This document shows, in pieces, positions 27,805 to 35,966 of a stretch of DNA of 64,000 bases. The DNA comes from an uncultured Chloroflexia bacterium (GTDB taxonomy: Bacteria; Chloroflexota; Anaerolineae; Anaerolineales; UBA4823): contig CAWEKR010000012.1 of the NCBI GenBank assembly GCA_963809615.1, positions 401,317 to 465,316 of the forward strand, written 5' to 3'. The stretch's first letter is position 1. Each line of letters begins with the position of its first letter. Made by a program: the position numbers and the translations under genes. The notes beneath the pieces are model-generated. The model searched no databases. It was not told where the DNA came from and worked only from the letters and a program-made list of their open reading frames with translations.

Positions 27805-28869
27805 ATGAGCCTTCAAATGAATGAGACCCGTCCGCCTGGCTATTCCCCAAAGGGTAAGCCGCGCTGGTATCTACCTTTGGCGATCGGATTGTCAATTATT
27901 TTTCTTTATCTCGCCGTCCGCGGGGTGAGTTGGAATGAACTTATCAATGCGATCCGTAATTGTCAGGTTGTTTACCTGTTTCCAGCAATTGCGATCTCTT
28001 TGATCAGTTTCATGGTGCGCAGCCAGCGCTGGGGGATTCTCCTTCGCCAGAAACAGAAAGTGGATTTTAGTACGTTATTTTGGGCTACCGGCACCGGTTA
28101 TCTGGGTAACAATTTTTTACCTTTTAGAGCAGGTGAAGTAATTCGTTCCGTAGTGCTTGGTCAAAAAACCGGTATCAGCAAGGTTTATGTTTTTGCGACT
28201 GCTCTAACCGAGCGTGTCATTGATGCGCTATTCTTAATTCTCCTCGGGTTGTTACTGGTCCCGACGATTGGCGATGTTCCTAGCTGGCTTCCACCAGCAA
28301 TGCGAATTTTGGGAATTCTCGGCTTGGTGGCGCTGATAATCCTATTAATTGCTCCACGCTTGGAGAATGGTATCAAATCACTGATTTATCATCTTCCGAT
28401 ACCTGGTAAATGGCATGATCGCCTTGTTAATTTCGTGGAGCAATTTCTACAAGGGGCAGCCTCTTTCCAAAAGCCTGAAAGATCGGCCTTGTTCCTTTTT
28501 TTAACCTGTCTGATCTGGTTGCTGGATGGAACAACCACGATGATATCTGCTAAAGCTTTTTCGATAGATATTTCACTCAGTCAATCACTATTATTGCTGG
28601 TAGCATTAGGTTTATCCAGCGCCATTCCCTCCGCCCCTGGTTATTTAGGCATCTATCAATATACGGCCGTAACCATCCTGGCAATTTATGGGTATCCCAA
28701 AAGCCAGGCATTAGCGTTCATATTAGTCGCTCAGGCAATCGGTATGGTATTGACCCTTATCTGGGGGCTGGCGGGTCTTGGAATACTAGGAATTAGTCGC
28801 AGTGATTTGCGAACGAATAGCAATATTTCAATGGATGTAAAGGTGGAGTCACCTGATGAGTATATCTAA
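27805..28869 (+). CDS. flippase-like polytopic membrane protein (UPF0104 / LPG-synthase-TM family)
   Basis: About 8 TM helices. The N-terminal pattern (RWYLPLAIGLSIIFLYLAVRGVSWNEL) and the NNFLPFRAGE motif are typical of this family. Confidence 0.6.
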   Translation: MSLQMNETRPPGYSPKGKPRWYLPLAIGLSIIFLYLAVRGVSWNELINAIRNCQVVYLFPAIAISLISFMVRSQRWGILLRQKQKVDFSTLFWATGTGYLGNNFLPFRAGEVIRSVVLGQKTGISKVYVFATALTERVIDALFLILLGLLLVPTIGDVPSWLPPAMRILGILGLVALIILLIAPRLENGIKSLIYHLPIPGKWHDRLVNFVEQFLQGAASFQKPERSALFLFLTCLIWLLDGTTTMISAKAFSIDISLSQSLLLLVALGLSSAIPSAPGYLGIYQYTAVTILAIYGYPKSQALAFILVAQAIGMVLTLIWGLAGLGILGISRSDLRTNSNISMDVKVESPDEYI

Positions 28870-30442
28870 TGTGAAAAGGATAGATCGCGCTGATGGTCTG
28901 ATCCTCTTGGCTATTGTGAGCATAGCGGTGATTCTTCGATTTATCCACCTGAGAACGGCACCTGATTGGTATATGGATGAGGGTGAATTTATTCGTTTTG
29001 CAGATAATCTTTCCAAGGGTAATTTTGATATTTCCGGAGTGCGGGATTCCCTATTGTTGATCGGCAGGCTGCCGATGTTTTTATGGGTTCTTGCTGCAAC
29101 ATTCAAGCTCTTCGGGACCGACATTCTGGTTCTACGCAGCCTAACAGCATTATGTAGTGTTGCAATTATCATTATCGTATATTTGTTCGTTCGGCAGGCT
29201 CTGGGAAGGAAATCTGCTATCTATTCTGCGTTGCTGTTAGCGATTATGCCCGAATTCATATATTACAACCGGATGGGCTTTACTTACAATTGGACGTCAC
29301 TCTGGATGCTTTTTTCATTATTTGCGCTTTGGAAGTACCTTCAACAGGATAATCGGCGATGGTTAGCGATTGCCTGCCTGTCAGCGGGCGTAGCTTTAGC
29401 CTCCGATTATCTTGGCATTATTAGTGTTTTTGTCATTATTTTGGTTCTAACCCTATTTCATCCCAGGCATATTATCTATGCTTTATTAATTGGATTACCT
29501 GTAATTATTTCAATTGTGCCAAGCTTTTTGCATTCCCCAAGCTACACCTTGCATGATTTTCGAACCCCTTTCATAATGGCATCACGTGGTGAAGGTGGTC
29601 TTGGATACCAATTATCGTTAATGTTACAGGCGTATCCGTTGATGTTCCTCAGGCAGCCTTGGATTGTACTTGGAATATTTGGCATATTTCTACTGCCAGA
29701 TAAGCACCTAAAAGGTTTACTACTTCTTCTATTGTGCGGAATATTGGGTCTTCTCTCATTCAGTAGAGGTCTGTCCGCTCATTACCTCCTGCCGATATGG
29801 CCTTTAGTGATCATTGGGGTGGGATATTTAATGGAAAGAACAGTTGCATACTTATTTACCACTGTTAAATCATCAATCGTTAATCTGAAGATCGCCCCTC
29901 AGTGGTTGGATAACACTTCCATCAAATCAGTTCTCGGTTCAGTCGGTTCGACTTTATTGGTCTTTTGTTTTGTGTTTCTGCCTGTTTCCTATATGATAAT
30001 TTTGGATAGCAGAGGCTTTTTAATTGAGCCAGTAATTCCGTCAACGGTTTTGTCTCAGGTTTATTGGGAGGATTTATATATACCTGCCAATGATGCTCAA
30101 GCCATTGCACAGGAGATCTCTAAAAATATAAGCCCCGAGGATTTTGTGATTGCCCCGAGTACGATTTACTGGATGCTTCCATGTAATGCGGTAGATTATC
30201 GCTCAGTATATTCTTATGAATTGACCAAGAAAGGTGAAGGCAATTCTGCAGTAAGTATGGATCGTTATACTGAAGATATTTCTATGTCTTCTGCAAAATT
30301 TGTAGTTTTGCATGACGCCTCACTATATTCGGGGGTTGATTCCCCAGTAATTTCCTCTACTTTGAATGAAATAGCTGATTGGCCAATAGTGATGGATCGC
30401 CAAGGGGTGCAGTTATTCTGTAATCCTGCATACTGTCGTTAG
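28856..30442 (+). CDS. GT-C fold glycosyltransferase (family 39/83, ArnT/PMT-like)
   Basis: The 528-aa product has more than 10 TM helices. The first extracytoplasmic loop has the acidic motif (DWYMDEGEF), and there is a C-terminal soluble domain. It overlaps the previous gene by 14 nt. Confidence 0.65.
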   Translation: MSISNVKRIDRADGLILLAIVSIAVILRFIHLRTAPDWYMDEGEFIRFADNLSKGNFDISGVRDSLLLIGRLPMFLWVLAATFKLFGTDILVLRSLTALCSVAIIIIVYLFVRQALGRKSAIYSALLLAIMPEFIYYNRMGFTYNWTSLWMLFSLFALWKYLQQDNRRWLAIACLSAGVALASDYLGIISVFVIILVLTLFHPRHIIYALLIGLPVIISIVPSFLHSPSYTLHDFRTPFIMASRGEGGLGYQLSLMLQAYPLMFLRQPWIVLGIFGIFLLPDKHLKGLLLLLLCGILGLLSFSRGLSAHYLLPIWPLVIIGVGYLMERTVAYLFTTVKSSIVNLKIAPQWLDNTSIKSVLGSVGSTLLVFCFVFLPVSYMIILDSRGFLIEPVIPSTVLSQVYWEDLYIPANDAQAIAQEISKNISPEDFVIAPSTIYWMLPCNAVDYRSVYSYELTKKGEGNSAVSMDRYTEDISMSSAKFVVLHDASLYSGVDSPVISSTLNEIADWPIVMDRQGVQLFCNPAYCR

Positions 30443-30485
30443 AATTTCTATTTTGCCCATCACTTTACTTAACCAACCCTCCCCC

Positions 30486-30501
30486 TAGAACCCTTGTTCT
30501 A
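30486..30501 (+). promoter_or_regulatory. LexA (SOS) box, Gram-positive/Chloroflexi type, GAAC-N4-GTTC
   Basis: A perfect palindrome TAGAAC-CCTT-GTTCTA lies 51 nt upstream of the uvrB start and overlaps the putative -35. Confidence 0.75.
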
Positions 30502-30522
30502 TCTACCAATTTAAGGTATGAT
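30494..30522 (+). promoter_or_regulatory. uvrB promoter candidate
   Basis: TTGTTC (30494-30499), 17-nt spacer, TATGAT (30517-30522). Confidence 0.5.
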
Positions 30523-30551
30523 ACTAAGCCTCCTACTCGAGGTATCTACCT

Positions 30552-32585
30552 ATGGACTTCAGACTCGTTGCCCCATTCATTCCCACCGGTGACCAGCCGG
30601 AAGCCATCCGCCAATTGGTGGACGGCATCAATAATGGCTATAAACACCAGGTATTGTTAGGTGCCACCGGCACCGGTAAAACCTACACCATGGCCCAGGT
30701 CATCACCCAGCTCCAGCGACCTGCCCTGGTGATGGCCCATAACAAGACCCTCGCCGCCCAGCTGTACGCCGAATTCAAAGAGTTCTTCCCCGATAACGCC
30801 GTGGAGTACTTCGTCAGCTATTACGATTACTACCAGCCTGAAGCCTATGTCCCCCGACACGATCTGTACATAGAGAAAGAGACCGATCGCAACGAAGAGA
30901 TCGAGCGACTGCGTCTTGCTGCCACAACCTCCCTCATGTCGCGCAAGGATGTGATCATTGTCGCCTCCGTCTCCTGTATCTATGGTCTGGGCAACCCTGC
31001 TGAGTATGGTCGCGTGGTAATAAACATCGACAAAGCCAAAATCTACCGGCGCAATGCTCTTTTACGCGATCTCATCGAAAGCCAGTACGAGCGCAATGAT
31101 ATGGAGCTGAAACCCGCCACCTTCCGTGTGCGCGGCGATACACTCGAGGTCATCCCCGCCTACCAGGATCGTTTCGGTTACCGCGTCACCTACTTCGGTG
31201 ACGAAGTCGAGCGCATCGTCGAGTTTGATGCCCTCACCGGAGAGCTGCGCCACGAGCTGGAAACGATCGCCATCTACCCTGCCAAGCATTACATCGCCGC
31301 TGAAGATAAGCTCAAACAGGCCATCCTGGATATCGAAACCGAGCTGCAGGAACGGGTTAAGTACTACCGCGAGAATGATAAAATCCTCGAAGCTCAACGC
31401 ATCGAGCAGCGCACCATCTATGACCTCGAAATGCTGCGTGAGATCGGCTCGTGCGCTGGCATCGAGAACTACTCCCGCCACCTCGACCAGCGCGCCGCTG
31501 GCACCCCACCCTGGACGCTCATCGATTATCTCCCCCACGACTACTTGCTCATCATCGACGAATCCCACATGTCGGTCCCTCAGATCCGCGGCATGTATAA
31601 TGGCGACCGCTCGCGCAAACAGACCCTGGTGGATTACGGCTTCCGCCTTCCCTCCGCCCTCGATAACCGCCCACTCCAGTTTACGGAATTCGAGCAGCAT
31701 ATGGGCGTCACCATTTATACCTCTGCCACGCCCGGGCCCTACGAGCTGGGGCATGCAGAGCAGGTTGTTGAGCAGATAATCCGCCCCACCGGCCTGGTAG
31801 ACCCTCAAGTGGAAGTCCGCCCGATCGAAGGTCAGGTGGATGACCTGATCGCAGAGATCCGCAAGCGCGTCGAGGTTGGTCAGCGCACGCTTGTAACCAC
31901 CCTCACCAAGCGCATGTCTGAGAAGTTATCTGACTACCTGATGGAGCTCGGTATTAAAGTGCATTATTTACACTCTGAAGTCGAAACCCTCGAGCGCATC
32001 GGCATACTGCGTGACTTGCGCCTGGGTGTGTTCGATGTGGTGGTGGGCATCAACCTGCTCCGTGAAGGGCTGGACCTTCCGGAAGTCTCCCTCGTCGCCA
32101 TCCTTGACGCAGACAAAGAGGGTTTTCTGCGCTCGGGTACTGCCCTCATTCAAACCATCGGTCGTGCTGCCCGCCATGTGGACGGCAAGGTCATCATGTA
32201 TGCTGATAAAATGACCAATTCGATGAAGTTCGCCATAGGTGAAACCAACCGCCGCCGAGACAAGCAGGAGGCATACAACCTTGCTCATGGCATTGAGCCG
32301 GTCAGCATTGTTAAAGCCGTGCGTGACCTCACCGATCAGCTGGGTGGCAAAGCCCAGGCTGAAGCCCGCGGCGAGCGTCCCATCAACCCGATCCAAATGC
32401 CCAAGGGTGAGCTCAAGCGCCTGATCTCCGAGCTTGAGATTCAAATGAAACAGGCTGCCAAGGATCTTGAATTCGAAAAAGCCGCAGTCCTGCGTGACGA
32501 AATCTTCGAGCTGCGCGGCGTGCTGGCTGAAGAATCGCATGCTCCACCCTGGGAGAAAGTCCGCTACCTCGCCGGCGAGGAATAA
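30552..32585 (+). CDS. uvrB: excinuclease ABC subunit B
   Basis: [11 protein letters not shown]...[14 protein letters not shown], helicase motifs and the C-terminal UVR domain ([13 protein letters not shown]). Length 677 aa. Confidence 0.97.
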   Translation: MDFRLVAPFIPTGDQPEAIRQLVDGINNGYKHQVLLGATGTGKTYTMAQVITQLQRPALVMAHNKTLAAQLYAEFKEFFPDNAVEYFVSYYDYYQPEAYVPRHDLYIEKETDRNEEIERLRLAATTSLMSRKDVIIVASVSCIYGLGNPAEYGRVVINIDKAKIYRRNALLRDLIESQYERNDMELKPATFRVRGDTLEVIPAYQDRFGYRVTYFGDEVERIVEFDALTGELRHELETIAIYPAKHYIAAEDKLKQAILDIETELQERVKYYRENDKILEAQRIEQRTIYDLEMLREIGSCAGIENYSRHLDQRAAGTPPWTLIDYLPHDYLLIIDESHMSVPQIRGMYNGDRSRKQTLVDYGFRLPSALDNRPLQFTEFEQHMGVTIYTSATPGPYELGHAEQVVEQIIRPTGLVDPQVEVRPIEGQVDDLIAEIRKRVEVGQRTLVTTLTKRMSEKLSDYLMELGIKVHYLHSEVETLERIGILRDLRLGVFDVVVGINLLREGLDLPEVSLVAILDADKEGFLRSGTALIQTIGRAARHVDGKVIMYADKMTNSMKFAIGETNRRRDKQEAYNLAHGIEPVSIVKAVRDLTDQLGGKAQAEARGERPINPIQMPKGELKRLISELEIQMKQAAKDLEFEKAAVLRDEIFELRGVLAEESHAPPWEKVRYLAGEE

Positions 32586-32828
32586 TTACGATATTTCATA
32601 ATTGGATCATTAACAAACATCAGAGCTTTTTAAACTGGCATATATTTCTTGATTTTCCCTATTTTCTCTGTGTTCTCCGTGGTAACCTATTTCATTACGC
32701 AAAGAGCTAACTGTTGGTTTTTCCTCATTTCTTCATAATTTCTTCATAATTATCGAGTAAACTATATCTACGTCTAGAGCTATATTTGATTAAACAATAA
32801 TCTATTAACATTCTCGGAGGAGATTTTC

Positions 32829-33533
32829 ATGAAAAAGTTCTTGCTTATCGGTTTGATTGTCGCGCTTGCCCTGATCGTCGTTGGGGGCGTGGGCGTGGTT
32901 TTTGCCCAGGGTCGTGGGGTCGCTAATCCCGCATCCATAACGGTGACAACCACTCAAAACGGAGATAAAATCGTTCAACAATTCGGTTATGGTCCTGGTG
33001 GTTCCCAGGGCGGAAACGGCACCATCGTAGTTCCCGGCGACCAGCCGAACAGCGGGACGATCCAAGTCGGTCCCGGTGGCATGATGAGCCGCAACGAGTA
33101 CGGTTATGCTCCCGGTGGCATGATGGGTGGTAACGGTCGTGGTGGCATGATGGGTGGAGACGAGTATGGTTATGGTCCAGGTGGCATGATGGGTGGTCTC
33201 GGTATCGGAGAGAACGCCGGTGTCATGCACGATTATATGCTCACTGCCTTCGCCAGCGCCATCGGACTCACTGTGGATGAGCTGAATACCCGCTTTGCCA
33301 ATGGTGAAACCATGGCTCAAATTGCCATCGCTCAGGGAAAAACCGAAGCAGACTTGCCTGCCCTTTGGACACAGGTTCGTCAGGATGCTTTGAATAAAGC
33401 CGTCGCTGATGGTGTCATCACCCAGGCACAGGCAGATTTAATGCTGCAGCACATGAATAATTATTCCGGTGAAGGGCTTGGACCCGGGTTTGGTAATTGC
33501 CCCATGCACGATGGGGACGAAGCCCAGCCTTAA
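32829..33533 (+). CDS. secreted or anchored protein with Gly/Met-rich repeats and a helical C-terminal domain
   Basis: Signal anchor, then the repeats GYGPGGSQGG / GYAPGGMMGG / GRGGMMGG / GYGPGGMMGG. The C-terminal helical segment ends ...GVITQAQADLMLQHMNNY, and the tail reads GNCPMHDGDE. Confidence 0.6.
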   Translation: MKKFLLIGLIVALALIVVGGVGVVFAQGRGVANPASITVTTTQNGDKIVQQFGYGPGGSQGGNGTIVVPGDQPNSGTIQVGPGGMMSRNEYGYAPGGMMGGNGRGGMMGGDEYGYGPGGMMGGLGIGENAGVMHDYMLTAFASAIGLTVDELNTRFANGETMAQIAIAQGKTEADLPALWTQVRQDALNKAVADGVITQAQADLMLQHMNNYSGEGLGPGFGNCPMHDGDEAQP

Positions 33534-33561
33534 GCAATCCGCACCATAATTTTTAATTCTG

Positions 33562-33597
33562 GGAGACGCAGGAATTTACTACGTCTCCTTTTATTTT
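33562..33597 (+). terminator. intrinsic terminator
   Basis: Stem GGAGACG / CGTCTCC (7 bp, 13-nt loop) followed by TTTTATTTT. Confidence 0.7.
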
Positions 33598-33645
33598 CAC
33601 TCGCTTCATTGTTAATCTCATCAAACCCTCCAATATATTCCGGTT

Positions 33646-34089
33646 TTATCCCTGGCAACAACAGCCATACAGCTGTTTGAGCACTGTACTCTCGTCATCT
33701 GCTTGTAGCAAATTGATTTTGGCCCGGTTGAGATGCTCCAAAATGCTCTCATCTACCGAAAGCGATTCCCGGTAAACCCCTGCCACCATCTCGGCCTGGT
33801 CATCTGCCGCGATGCGGTTGATGGATAGCTTGCTGCACTCGCTGCAGCGATGGATCAGCATAAGCTCTCCTGTTTTGTGCAGAGTGAACTTATCGCGGCT
33901 CTGTTTCACCGTTAGCCCGATGGGCTGCATCGTAGCTTTGCATGCAGACATCCGGTCGCCCGGCTTAACATAATCGACGTGCCTTGACCAGAGACAAAAT
34001 GGGCAGTGGTTTCGGTTATTTACGCCCGCGATTACTGGGATGGTATACACATGCGCTCCGCAATGGTCGCACCTGAAGCCTTTCTCCAT
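33646..34089 (-). CDS. RNHCP-domain zinc-ribbon protein
   Basis: CDHCG...NNRNHCPFCLWSRHVD (the eponymous RNHCP motif) and a later CSEC pair. I prefer the start at MEKGFRC (34089), which avoids overlap with rsgA. Confidence 0.7.
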   Translation of the reverse strand: MEKGFRCDHCGAHVYTIPVIAGVNNRNHCPFCLWSRHVDYVKPGDRMSACKATMQPIGLTVKQSRDKFTLHKTGELMLIHRCSECSKLSINRIAADDQAEMVAGVYRESLSVDESILEHLNRAKINLLQADDESTVLKQLYGCCCQG

Positions 34090-34162
34090 CGTGTTCGGGT
34101 TCCTGCGGGTCGATCGATTAAGCCTAAATTTTCGTCTACCCCAACCCTGGTTGGGGGGCAGT

Positions 34163-35203
34163 TCATAAATTCCTTCTAACATTACCCATTTCCTCTTTCA
34201 AATTCAGATAACTTTGGTACCGCCGTGGGTTGATCTCACCTGCCATCACCGCTTTACGGATCACGCATCCAGGCTCCCCGTCATGCTGGCAGTCCAGCCC
34301 GAAGCGGCACTTGCCTACCAGCGCTTGCATCTCGCGGAACAGCATCGCCATATCAATTTCGGTTTCCCATAACCCGAACTCACGCGTCCCGGGCGTGTCT
34401 ACGATTGCCCCTCCGCCTTCCAAGGGGAACATCTCCAGGTTGGTGGTGGTGTGGCGGCCTTTCCCGGTTGAAAGGTTTACTTCCTTCACCCGCAAGCCCA
34501 GTCCCGGCTGTAATGCATTCAACAGGGCGGTCTTTCCCACACCCGATTTACCTACCAGCACCGAGATACACCCGCTGAGTGCTTTCCGCAGGTCATCGAT
34601 CCCTTCTCCGCTCACCGTGCTCGTGAGCACAGAGGGATAACCAATATCCTGGTATTCTGACATCGCCTCATTTAGCTCTTTGTCCGCTTCTTTCACCAGG
34701 TCCAGCTTGGTGATGCAGATCAAGGCGGAAATCCCGCCTTCTTCGGCTGCTGCCAGGTATCGGTCGAGCAAGTTCCATTTTGGTGCGGGTTGTGCTGCCG
34801 CAATCACTGCCACCACTTGGTCCACGTTCGTCACGATGATCTGCTCGAACGGGTGTGCCCCATGGTGAAGCGGCTTCGGTACTGCGCTCCGCCGTGTCAG
34901 CTTATTATTGCGAGGCAGCAGCTCGATGATCAGCCCTTTACCGTCCTCTGCCACGATGTAGCGCACATGGTCCCCAACTGCAATGGGGTCCATATGATCG
35001 AGCTCCACCACCTTTTGCACCCGGTGGTGAAGACTGCCTGCATCCGCCGTCGGGTAGATCAGCTGCTTGCGGATGCGGTTGGATAATTCGCATGGCAAAG
35101 CCCGCCCATCCGAGTGGACGACGTAATTCCCGATTGTTTTCTTATAGACCACACCATTGAAGGTGGGTCTACCGTCGTAAATGTTAGCTGTTTCAGATTG
35201 CAT
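34163..35203 (-). CDS. rsgA: ribosome small-subunit-dependent GTPase A
   Basis: Circularly permuted GTPase motifs (ITKLDL ... LVGKSGVGKTALLNAL ... DTPG) and a C-terminal zinc knuckle (CRFGLDCQHDGEPGC). I prefer the start at the internal Met (35203). Confidence 0.9.
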   Translation of the reverse strand: MQSETANIYDGRPTFNGVVYKKTIGNYVVHSDGRALPCELSNRIRKQLIYPTADAGSLHHRVQKVVELDHMDPIAVGDHVRYIVAEDGKGLIIELLPRNNKLTRRSAVPKPLHHGAHPFEQIIVTNVDQVVAVIAAAQPAPKWNLLDRYLAAAEEGGISALICITKLDLVKEADKELNEAMSEYQDIGYPSVLTSTVSGEGIDDLRKALSGCISVLVGKSGVGKTALLNALQPGLGLRVKEVNLSTGKGRHTTTNLEMFPLEGGGAIVDTPGTREFGLWETEIDMAMLFREMQALVGKCRFGLDCQHDGEPGCVIRKAVMAGEINPRRYQSYLNLKEEMGNVRRNL

Positions 35204-35230
35204 TGTCTTTAATCCTGTTTCTATTCTGAA

Positions 35231-35268
35231 TAAAACAAAACCAGCCACGCTGAGTACCCGCGGCTGGT
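35231..35268 (-). terminator. intrinsic terminator-like hairpin immediately upstream of rsgA
   Basis: On the minus strand, ACCAGCCGCG-loop-CGTGGCTGGT forms 10 bp including one G.U that would be an A.C mismatch on the plus strand. TTTTGTTTT follows. Confidence 0.6.
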
Positions 35269-35343
35269 AAAAAAAATGGATCACTGCATTTCAGGCGTAA
35301 CCCTACATAACCTGTTGGTTGGTCAGATCACATCTTGAAGGCA

Positions 35344-35382
35344 GCTTAAACAAAAGCCACGGGGCATGAGCGCTCCCGTGGC
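35344..35382 (-). terminator. intrinsic terminator after the 21-codon ORF
   Basis: On the minus strand, GCCACGGG-agcgctcatgc-CCCGTGGC is followed by TTTTGTTTAAG. Confidence 0.65.
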
Positions 35383-35410
35383 AGGTAGATAGATCAAAGT
35401 ACAGCTGGTC

Positions 35411-35476
35411 TTACCCGGTCACCTGGAGGCGCGTCCATGCATCATGAATGACAATCGCCGAGATTTTATTGGCCAT
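35411..35476 (-). CDS. candidate 21-aa small ORF or leader peptide (MANKISAIVIHDAWTRLQVTG)
   Basis: An AGGAG RBS lies 8 nt upstream of the ATG, a consensus promoter lies upstream, and a terminator lies 30 nt downstream. No homology is recognised. Confidence 0.3.
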   Translation of the reverse strand: MANKISAIVIHDAWTRLQVTG

Positions 35477-35516
35477 AAAACGCGCTCCTTTCTTCAAAAT
35501 ATTAACATGCGGTGAG

Positions 35517-35545
35517 AGTCTATCATCGAGAATTATTGTTGTCAA
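35517..35545 (-). promoter_or_regulatory. near-consensus sigma70 promoter (minus strand)
   Basis: TTGACA (complement of 35540-35545), 17-nt spacer, TAGACT (complement of 35517-35522). Confidence 0.55.
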
Positions 35546-35874
35546 GCGTTTCTCCTCACCTGCAGACAAATAATTGGACAATAACGTATGTCATGACAAT
35601 CTACACAAATATTGCGAGACCCAAGCGTTCTCCTTGGGTCGTTTCAAGCTGGTCTTTGAATTGTTGGCGTCTGTCTTTAGCGCGGATCCCATTTCTCTAT
35701 GGGGAAAATCCCCGTCGGTCTTCAAGGAAGAGACTGATATACTTCCAGTCCCACCTGTCCATATTGGAATGTGGGCTGGTTATCTCCAAGTTGACGATAA
35801 TTCAAGGCTAAACCTGTTCAAAATTACATCAATGATCAGGTGCCTGTCCTTTTATCTGAATTTGAGGTTTCATA

Positions 35875-35903
35875 TTGACATTAGTGGTTATTATTGCTAT
35901 TCT
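35875..35903 (+). promoter_or_regulatory. promoter candidate for the PD40 protein gene
   Basis: TTGACA, 17-nt spacer, TATTCT, about 60 nt upstream of ATG 35967. Confidence 0.5.
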
Positions 35904-35966
35904 TTTATTGCACCTGTCTGGGAGTTTTACCATTTTAACAATTCCTGCTTACCATGGGAGGTAAAT

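Noticed and set aside
31062-31808. Long ORFs overlapping uvrB: an antisense ORF (248 aa, 31062-31808, minus strand) and an alternative-frame sense-strand ORF (217 aa, 31126-31779, plus strand). Similar overlapping ORFs lie at 31968-32540, 62032-62745 and 63147-63788 inside uvrB and mgtA.
   Set aside because: They lie fully inside well-supported, motif-rich genes of high GC3 content, which suppresses stop codons in other frames. Their products are low-complexity (Ala/Arg/Ser/Pro-rich) with no motifs.
35269-35343. ykkC/guanidine- or ppGpp-type riboswitch between the two rsgA-leader terminators (the string UAGGGUUACG resembles the CUAGGGUUCCG start of ykkC).
   Set aside because: The segment is too short (about 75 nt) and lacks the remaining conserved ykkC blocks (ACGG...GGGA-AAAAGCCCGGGAG).
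35574-35966. N-terminal 131-aa extension of the PD40 protein ORF (ORF-track start 35574) and ORF 35512-35811.
   Set aside because: An internal ATG at 35967 has a GGGAGG RBS, a canonical signal peptide and its own TTGACA-17-TATTCT promoter at 35875. The upstream part is AT-rich with no coding character.
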